Assembly: GCF_035268865.1 (NCBI RefSeq)
Contig: NZ_DATFKB010000024.1
Span: 967 to 64,966, forward strand
Direction: 5' to 3'
DNA from: Salinivirga sp.
GTDB lineage: Bacteria > Bacteroidota > Bacteroidia > Bacteroidales > Salinivirgaceae
DNA: 64,000 nt
Position 1 is the first letter of the stretch; every line of letters begins with the position of its first letter. The position numbers and the translations under genes are program-made. Positions 57,201-64,000 of the stretch are shown here, piece after piece. The notes below the pieces were generated by a model. The model ran no database searches and was not told the origin of the DNA. It worked only from the letters and a program-made list of their open reading frames with translations.

Positions 57201-58439
57201 CTAGAAGAAATATCTTGCTGCCAGTATTATCCGGTGATTTACAGATTGCTCTGTTTCATCAAACACACCATATTCATCAGGATCATCAGTTCCATAATCT
57301 GCTGCATTATAAATGTATTCAAATCCAAACCGGAAGTGGTTTATGGTGTATGTAATACGGGGTGAGACTCTTAAGAGCTGACTTATGCTGCCGCCGCGTG
57401 TGTATGTGTTATCTAAATCGACTTTTTCTTCGGTTCCAAGGTTGCCGGTTAAGCCACCAAATATACCAACCTGTAAATTATCATTGGGTTTGTATGCCAG
57501 CTCTCCCCACACAGAAAATATTTTGTATGGCGTATATCCAAAATCGTTAACCTCCAGTGTATCTGACAATAATCTTCCATAGCCTCCAAGCATTACGTAT
57601 TGGCTCATATTTTGGCCATAGCTGAATTTAGCCTGGGCTGTAAAGCGACCGGTGCTGTATTTTGCAAATGCATTAAAATTATAAGTGCCTATTGTGTTGT
57701 CGTTTAATCCATCGTTAGTTTCAACTCTCGGTTCGAGCATCATATAACCAGCTGTTATACCTACCTGGAATCCTTTCTTTTTACCTGCCAGTAATTGTAC
57801 CTGCATATCTGGTACTGCAGCATCGCGCTGATCGTCGGAGGCATCGATTCCACCATTTATGTCAGATGTGGGACCTTTACTGAAATGATATCCGTGTCCT
57901 AATGCTGCAAAGGTGGCACGGAAGCCCGGTGTCAGGTTGTAGTCGAAACGAATTTGAGGTGCCCTGTTGAGTGGATTATATATTGCTGCTGCACCAAAAG
58001 CCACTACACGTGGGAATACTTCAGGCCCAAACATTGGGTGCCAATATTGACCCATTAGCAATGATGCTTTATCCCATTTTAATTTCATAAATGCATGCCT
58101 GATGCGAAACAGGTTTTTATAGTCTTCGGATGTACCAAAAAAGTCCCCTTCTATTTTTCCGGATGATTGAGCTCCTAATACCATTGGTCCTTTTACATTA
58201 ACCCCAAGTCGTGATTGAAGTGCCAGCATCTCAAGTTGGCCGTTCGTGTTATTGTCGCCTTTTCTGCTTGGAAAAAGGTACAGTTCGGCATCTCGTGTTG
58301 TCACCGATTCGTAGGAGTCAAAAATAGATTCGTAATTGATGTATCCATACCATTTGACTACAGGCTTTTCATTTTCCTGTGCTTTTGCAAGATTAAAAAG
58401 ACTTGCGAAAATTAAGAATAGTACAATGTGGTTTCTCAT
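57201..58439 (-). CDS. DcaP-like outer membrane porin
   Basis: Signal peptide, SRLG, IEGDFFG, RIRHAF, GQ.WHPMF, PD motif, C-terminal YFF. Confidence 0.65.
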   Translation of the reverse strand: MRNHIVLFLIFASLFNLAKAQENEKPVVKWYGYINYESIFDSYESVTTRDAELYLFPSRKGDNNTNGQLEMLALQSRLGVNVKGPMVLGAQSSGKIEGDFFGTSEDYKNLFRIRHAFMKLKWDKASLLMGQYWHPMFGPEVFPRVVAFGAAAIYNPLNRAPQIRFDYNLTPGFRATFAALGHGYHFSKGPTSDINGGIDASDDQRDAAVPDMQVQLLAGKKKGFQVGITAGYMMLEPRVETNDGLNDNTIGTYNFNAFAKYSTGRFTAQAKFSYGQNMSQYVMLGGYGRLLSDTLEVNDFGYTPYKIFSVWGELAYKPNDNLQVGIFGGLTGNLGTEEKVDLDNTYTRGGSISQLLRVSPRITYTINHFRFGFEYIYNAADYGTDDPDEYGVFDETEQSVNHRIILAARYFF

Positions 58440-58533
58440 AAGAATATCAGTTTAATTTTGATCCAAAAATAAACTGAAATTTACTAAAAAATAATGGGTA
58501 AAAATACGCGATTCGGCAAAAGAAGAATAAAAG

Positions 58534-59334
58534 CTAAAACAATCTGATTGAGAATATGGTTTGAGCAAGATGGTCGCTAAAACTATTGTGTTTTTGCTTA
58601 TACTTTTTTAATAACCTTTTGCCTTCTGCTTTAGCGTTTTGTTTTATTCTTGTGCGAATGGCTTTCCTGAATACTTTTTTCGATATTTTATTGTCGACTT
58701 GCTCAAAAATGGGCTTGTCGGAGAGCTGTATTTGTAGTATTTCTGATTTATTTTTTTCTTTTATATTAATTGTTGTAAGAAATTGCCAGTGCATTAGCCA
58801 GGGGGGTAAAGCATGTTTTTGTTCATTTATTTGGCTTAATTTATAAAGTGTTTCAGTGTTTTTTTTGTTAAATTGAAAAACCATAATCCTAAGCCACATA
58901 ATATAACTACCGTTTGCTGAAGGGCCAATTTGGGCGAGTAGGCTATCTGTTTTTTCTATTTGTTTCAGGCTTAGACCTGTTTGCATAGCTGCCGTTTTAT
59001 AATATCTTTCATGATAGGAGGCAATTGAATCGTTTGGGTAAAGCGCTTTCTGCAGCGAATAACAAATGTAGCTTTTTTGAGGAATGTTCATTTTATGGTA
59101 AAACCTGCCTGCCTCACTTAAAAAATGTCCATTATAGGTTCCTGTTGGATCATTTTTAATAATGTGAAAAAGCGTTTTTTCTACATCAAAAATATTTTGT
59201 TTCATTAATAATTTGTTGCTCTGGGTATTGATATGTTTCAGGTAGAGATATTCTGTTTTTGTGCTGAACTGGCCCAATGCATCAATTTCAAATGTCAGAA
59301 TTAATATAATAATTATAAGGTATACATTTTTCAT
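58534..59334 (-). CDS. Hypothetical secreted protein
   Basis: N-terminal hydrophobic signal; 3 bp from the upstream gene. Confidence 0.55.
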   Translation of the reverse strand: MKNVYLIIIILILTFEIDALGQFSTKTEYLYLKHINTQSNKLLMKQNIFDVEKTLFHIIKNDPTGTYNGHFLSEAGRFYHKMNIPQKSYICYSLQKALYPNDSIASYHERYYKTAAMQTGLSLKQIEKTDSLLAQIGPSANGSYIMWLRIMVFQFNKKNTETLYKLSQINEQKHALPPWLMHWQFLTTINIKEKNKSEILQIQLSDKPIFEQVDNKISKKVFRKAIRTRIKQNAKAEGKRLLKKYKQKHNSFSDHLAQTIFSIRLF

Positions 59335-59337
59335 GAC

Positions 59338-59907
59338 TTAAAATTTGTAAGTGAGCATTAAAGAAGGTACATAATTCTTTTGGCTGTAATTTCTTTGGCT
59401 CTTTTCCAACTGCAGCTTTATGCCATATTTATATCTAATCAGCTCCTGTTTTTTTTCGAGCCGGTATTTCCCATGTATCCAGTCGAACAGCCAGGAGCCC
59501 AAAATCAAGATCGAGGATGTAATAAATAAATTTTGATCTTGTTTCAGGTTGTTTTTGCCCGTAATTATATTTTCTGCCCTTTTGTCAAAAATAATCAGTC
59601 GGTATGCATTGATTGCTAATCCGGTATAGCCAGCAATTCGGAGCCCCAGTAATGTGTAGCCCACTGTGTTGTCTTTGGCTTTGAAGTGGATGTAGCCTGG
59701 TACAATTAAACTATATGGCATATCCATCATACGAATATTACGGGACAGAAGGCTAAATTCATCAGCAGTCATGTTTGCATTGATTCCTGGAGTTTTTATT
59801 TTATCATCCTGTAATCTGGGGTATATATCAAAATCCTGAGCGCTGCTCATTACTGATATAAAAGTGAAGATAATAATCCACAAGTGAAATTTTTCCTGAA
59901 ACATCAA
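59338..59907 (-). CDS. Hypothetical membrane protein
   Basis: Signal peptide, S...PG..HF motif, two TM helices, terminal F. Confidence 0.6.
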   Translation of the reverse strand: MMFQEKFHLWIIIFTFISVMSSAQDFDIYPRLQDDKIKTPGINANMTADEFSLLSRNIRMMDMPYSLIVPGYIHFKAKDNTVGYTLLGLRIAGYTGLAINAYRLIIFDKRAENIITGKNNLKQDQNLFITSSILILGSWLFDWIHGKYRLEKKQELIRYKYGIKLQLEKSQRNYSQKNYVPSLMLTYKF

Positions 59908-59997
59908 ATTATTATTAGCATATGTTCATTTAATAGCTAGTCGAATAACAGATATGTTGCGGATAATGTTCACTAAAATTCTGCTTGTATAAGTTTC

Positions 59998-61191
59998 TTA
60001 ATACAAAAAGTCGTTGTAAGGATACCTTTTGGTATGTATATCTTTAACTTTTTCGTAAAGCATCTCTTTCAACTGATCGATATTGGTTCTTTCTTTGGCG
60101 GAAATAAATATACAGGAATCATTATTTTTCGCCATATAGCTACGCTGAAGTTCATCCAATGTCCAGTTTTCGCGGGTGCGCTCTGTAAGGTCGTCGTCGT
60201 CTTTAGCTGTGTAGGTGTACTGGTCAATTTTATTGAATACAAGGTGGGTGGGGGTATCTGTACAGCCTATTTCGTTTAGCGTAGTTTCAACTACATCAAT
60301 TTGTTCTTCGTGATTCGGGTGCGATATATCCACAACATGCAGCAGGATGTCTGCTTCGCGAACTTCGTCAAGTGTTGATTTAAATGCCTCTACAAGTGTG
60401 GTTGGGAGTTTCCTGATAAAACCAACGGTATCTGACATTAAGAACGGTAAATTACCAACAACTACTTTTCTAACGGTTGTGTCGAGTGTGGCAAATAGCT
60501 TATTCTCGGCAAAAACTTCCGATTTGCTGAGCATATTCATTAATGTTGATTTCCCCACATTGGTATAGCCTACAAGGGCCACCCGAACCATTTTGCCCCT
60601 ATTCTTACGTTGGGTAGCCATTTGTTTATCAATTCTACTCAATTGATCTTTAAGCCGCGCAATTTTATCTCTAATAATCCTACGGTCGGTTTCAATTTCG
60701 CGCTCACCAGGTCCGCGCATTCCAATACCACCTTTTTGTCGTTCGAGGTGGGTCCATAAACCGGCAAGTCTTGGAAGTAAGTATTGATACTGAGCCAATT
60801 CTACCTGTACTTTTGCATGTGCCGTTTGTGCCCTTTGTGCAAAAATGTCTAGTATGAGGTTGGTGCGGTCTATTACACGGCCTTTAATAGACTTTTCGAT
60901 ATTGCGTATTTGCGATGGAGAAAGTTCATCGTCAAAAATGACCATGTCTATTTCATGCTCCTCCATGTAATTCTTAATATCATTGAGTTTTCCCGATCCA
61001 ATAAATGTTTTCGGATTGGGCGTATCCAGTTTCTGTGTAAACTGTTTCTTTGGTTCAACACCTGCCGTTTTGGCTAAAAAAGCCAATTCATTCAAATATT
61101 CTTCTGTCTGCTCCTCCGTCTGATGCTGGCTTATTATTCCTACCAATACGGTTGTTTCTGCATCTTTTTTCTGTTCAATGATATCTTTCAC
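59998..61191 (-). CDS. hflX: Ribosome-splitting GTPase HflX
   Basis: GPGE.E.E.DRR, GYTNVGKST, LFATLD, DTVGF, NKID; likely GTG start at 61191. Confidence 0.95.
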   Translation of the reverse strand: MKDIIEQKKDAETTVLVGIISQHQTEEQTEEYLNELAFLAKTAGVEPKKQFTQKLDTPNPKTFIGSGKLNDIKNYMEEHEIDMVIFDDELSPSQIRNIEKSIKGRVIDRTNLILDIFAQRAQTAHAKVQVELAQYQYLLPRLAGLWTHLERQKGGIGMRGPGEREIETDRRIIRDKIARLKDQLSRIDKQMATQRKNRGKMVRVALVGYTNVGKSTLMNMLSKSEVFAENKLFATLDTTVRKVVVGNLPFLMSDTVGFIRKLPTTLVEAFKSTLDEVREADILLHVVDISHPNHEEQIDVVETTLNEIGCTDTPTHLVFNKIDQYTYTAKDDDDLTERTRENWTLDELQRSYMAKNNDSCIFISAKERTNIDQLKEMLYEKVKDIHTKRYPYNDFLY

Positions 61192-61387
61192 GAATAGAAT
61201 TTTTATAATTTGGCTTGCGAATTTACGGATTTTTTTGGGTTTCAAAAATATAGCTCCATATTCGCATGTGATTTGGAAAATGTAATTTTTTACAAAGCCT
61301 TTGTCAATTTTATTAATATATTCGGGGCTGAGTCAAAAAATGTACGAATTTTGATAAATTATTCTAGGAATTTCAAAAAATATACCA

Positions 61388-61900
61388 ATGGATACCTTAA
61401 ATGCAATTATGAGCAGAAGGAGTATTCGCAAATTTAAAGATACTCCGGTAACTGATAAACAAATTAAGAAAATACTTGAGGCGGCAATGAATGCTCCCAG
61501 TGCGGGGGACGGCAGGCCCTGGCATTTTGCTGTTATAAAAGATCGTCAAAAACTCGATGCTTTTGCAGAGAAAGTTGATGATGGAAATGAGATGTTTAAA
61601 CAAGCGCAGGCAGCGATTTTACTGGTTGGTGATCCTTCAAAAGAAGGTTTCCCTGGTTTTTACCCACAAGATTGTGCCTGTGCAGGTCAGAATTTGCAAT
61701 TGGCCACGCATGAGCTGGGTTTGGGTACAGTTTGGATTGCATTGTGGAGCGTGAAGCCCAGAATCGATGGAGTGAGGTCTGTAATAGATGTTCCTGAAAA
61801 TTTGGAACCTTTTGCGTTATTCCCAATCGGTGTTCCGGATGAGAACCTGGATGAGGAATATCGATATGACGTGGCGAAAGTTCATTATGAAAAATGGTAA
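61388..61900 (+). CDS. Nitroreductase family protein
   Basis: RRSIRKF, APSAG..PW.F, GLGTVW. Confidence 0.9.
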   Translation: MDTLNAIMSRRSIRKFKDTPVTDKQIKKILEAAMNAPSAGDGRPWHFAVIKDRQKLDAFAEKVDDGNEMFKQAQAAILLVGDPSKEGFPGFYPQDCACAGQNLQLATHELGLGTVWIALWSVKPRIDGVRSVIDVPENLEPFALFPIGVPDENLDEEYRYDVAKVHYEKW

Positions 61901-61916
61901 ATACACATTCAAAATT

Positions 61917-61948
61917 ATACCCGCAAGTAAGGCTTGCGGGTATTTTTT
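61917..61948 (+). terminator. Intrinsic terminator
   Basis: ATACCCGCAAG-TAAGG-CTTGCGGGTAT-TTTTT. Confidence 0.8.
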
Positions 61949-62029
61949 ATGTGTATAAAGTAATGAGTAGATGCTGTTATATTAGAAATGAAATCTTTGT
62001 TTATCTTTGCGTCCTTAAAAAAATAAAAT

Positions 62030-63193
62030 ATGTTACTTCTTGATAAACCATATGTTTCTGATCTACTGATTAATACAATCAGAAAAAATAACTGGCCTGT
62101 TGTGGGCACAAACATTGCGCGGGAAATGGCTCCTGAACTGCAGGATCTGTTTATGAGCGATGAAGAGGCTGTTGCTGCTTATGAAAAAAATCCCATGATG
62201 TATGTGAACTCAGAAAATACAATATCGTGGATTAATGAAAATTTGGCCCATACAAAGCTACCCGAACAAGTCAATACATTCAAAAATAAAGGCTTGTTTC
62301 GTGATATGCTCAGTGAGATTTACCCGGAATTTCGATATAAGAAAATTGAGTATCAGAATTTGAAAAACTATAATCCGGAAGATTTTGGTTTTCCTTTGAT
62401 CATAAAGCCTGCAGTAGGTTTTTTTTCAATGGGTATATACGTGGTAGAGAATATTGAGGATTGGAATAGTGCACTTGCAAAGCTGGAGCAGGAGCTTAAG
62501 CAGGTAAGAGGAATTTATCCTGAAGAGGTTATGAATAGCCAGATGTTCCTGCTCGAACAACTTATACCAGGGGATGAGTATGCCGTAGACGTTTATTTTG
62601 ACCAAGATAGTAAACCGGTGATTCTGAATATTTATGAACACATTTTTACTGATGCTAAAGATGTAAATGACCGGGCATATTTTACTTCTGTGAAAGTTAT
62701 AGATAAAACCCATGATGTATTCGAAGAGAAATTGCAGTTTATTGGTAAAAAGACCGGAGTGAAACTTTTTCCGATGCACATCGAATTTCGTATTACCCCA
62801 GAGGGTGAGGCCATACCAATTGAGTCTAATCCATTGCGCTTCGCCGGATGGTGTATGACTGACCTGAGCAAATATTCCTGGCGCATTAATCCATATGAAT
62901 ATTTTTTCAATCAGCAAAAACCAGATTGGCTATCGATATTTAAGGGCCGTACAGGCAGACAATATAATGCCATTATTGCCGATATCCCACGAAATGTTGA
63001 CTTGGAAAAAATCGACTACGTAGATTATAAAAAATTTGAAAATGATTTTTCCAATTTGCTGAATATTCACAAAACTAATTACAGGCAGTATCCTGTATTT
63101 GCTTTTGCATTTTCTGAAACAAGGTCAGCCGATAAAGAAGAGGTTGAACATTTTCTATATTCTGACTTAACGGAATATATATTGTTGAAATAG
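62030..63193 (+). CDS. ATP-grasp domain protein
   Basis: FKNK..FR, IIKPAVGF.S.G, EQ.I.G.EYAVD, H.EFR, IE.NP.RF.G. Confidence 0.85.
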   Translation: MLLLDKPYVSDLLINTIRKNNWPVVGTNIAREMAPELQDLFMSDEEAVAAYEKNPMMYVNSENTISWINENLAHTKLPEQVNTFKNKGLFRDMLSEIYPEFRYKKIEYQNLKNYNPEDFGFPLIIKPAVGFFSMGIYVVENIEDWNSALAKLEQELKQVRGIYPEEVMNSQMFLLEQLIPGDEYAVDVYFDQDSKPVILNIYEHIFTDAKDVNDRAYFTSVKVIDKTHDVFEEKLQFIGKKTGVKLFPMHIEFRITPEGEAIPIESNPLRFAGWCMTDLSKYSWRINPYEYFFNQQKPDWLSIFKGRTGRQYNAIIADIPRNVDLEKIDYVDYKKFENDFSNLLNIHKTNYRQYPVFAFAFSETRSADKEEVEHFLYSDLTEYILLK

Positions 63194-63298
63194 TGGGAGT
63201 TTATATCGGATTTTAAACTCCAATTTATTTTTGTGGTTGCCCAAAATGTTTTTTCTTTGTAAACGACAGGGAGCTTAATAACTTAAATAAAACTAAAA

Positions 63299-63916
63299 AT
63301 GAGAAAAATTGTAATTTTTGCAGCTATGATGGTTGCGCTGGCAGCTTGCAGTAATCAACAAGATGAGAAAAAAGTCGATGATAGTCAGGAAATGACTAAA
63401 TCTGAGGTAATGACCATTGATAAGTTTTTTCAAAAAGGCGAAGAACTTGCCGGTAAAACAGTATCGGTCAAAGGTCAGGTCGATCATGTATGTAAACATG
63501 GTGGAAAACGCATGTTCCTGGTTGGAAGTAAACCCGAATATCGTTTAAAAATTACCACAGGAGAAGATCTTCCAAGTTTTGATGTTGCCTATGAAGGATC
63601 AGAAATGCATGTAACAGGAACAGTTGAAGTAATGAAAATGGATTCAGCTTACCTGGCAAACTGGGAAAAAGAATTACGCGAAGGAGCAGCTGAGGAGCAT
63701 CAAGGACATGAGCATGGCGATGGAGAAGGAGATGGCACCGGAGAAGGAGAAGACCACGAACACGATCACACATCGCACGGTGAGCAAGCCGATATGGGCG
63801 AGCATATTCCGGGAATGGAAAAAGTTGAAGGTTACAGAGCAGAACTTAAAGAAACAGGGAAGGCATATATTCCTATCTTTTCTGTTGTAGCCGACAAGGT
63901 CGCTGAAACAAAATAA
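63299..63916 (+). CDS. Lipoprotein with OB-fold-like domain and His/Gly/acidic-rich insert
   Basis: Lipobox LAAC, V.G.V.HVC.HGG, HQGHEHGDGEGDG...HEHDHTSH. Confidence 0.7.
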   Translation: MRKIVIFAAMMVALAACSNQQDEKKVDDSQEMTKSEVMTIDKFFQKGEELAGKTVSVKGQVDHVCKHGGKRMFLVGSKPEYRLKITTGEDLPSFDVAYEGSEMHVTGTVEVMKMDSAYLANWEKELREGAAEEHQGHEHGDGEGDGTGEGEDHEHDHTSHGEQADMGEHIPGMEKVEGYRAELKETGKAYIPIFSVVADKVAETK

Positions 63917-63940
63917 TCCATAAATAAATTTCAGTAATAT

Positions 63941-63970
63941 AATCCCGGTGTGAGGCATCGGGATTTTTTT
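63941..63970 (+). terminator. Intrinsic terminator
   Basis: AATCCCG...CGGGATTTTTTT. Confidence 0.75.
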
Positions 63971-64000
63971 AATTTTGTGCTTTTATTAAATGCTATAAAA

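Noticed and set aside
61192-61245. N-terminal extension or leader peptide of hflX
   Set aside because: The TTG start overlaps a TAnnTTTG promoter-like element, the GTG at 61191 is more plausible, and no attenuator structure was seen.

Overview
A 64-kb chromosomal segment from a Bacteroidota bacterium, probably an anaerobic Bacteroidales/Marinilabiliales-type organism (inferred from the bat operon, TAnnTTTG promoters, the TonB receptor plus DUF4249 pair, DUF4301 and split LysO). Most of it is core or metabolic. It carries batB(3')-batC-batD-batE and a short/branched-chain acyl-CoA module (acyl-CoA dehydrogenase, icmF, three buk, two ptb, pta, ackA, a divergent hbd-like gene, a thioesterase). 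It also carries pckA, argS, aroE, hflX, an MCP, an orphan histidine kinase, two tandem dCache-HAMP-GAF-PAS-hemerythrin sensors and one IS3-family element. The most unusual region is about 22.9-25.1 kb. It holds three ~70-78 bp direct repeats that translate to the conserved C-terminal tail of Type IIG/Eco57I-like restriction-modification enzymes (QIDQLVYELYGLTEEEIQIVEAGVQ*). Each repeat is followed by a different combination of REP-like hairpins, and the repeats separate two cargo units (a WG-repeat gene and a RelE/ParE toxin-antitoxin pair). The layout looks like a cassette array, but no recombinase or full RM gene is in the window. No rRNA, tRNA or CRISPR array was seen. All product calls come from motif recognition by eye, not database searches.
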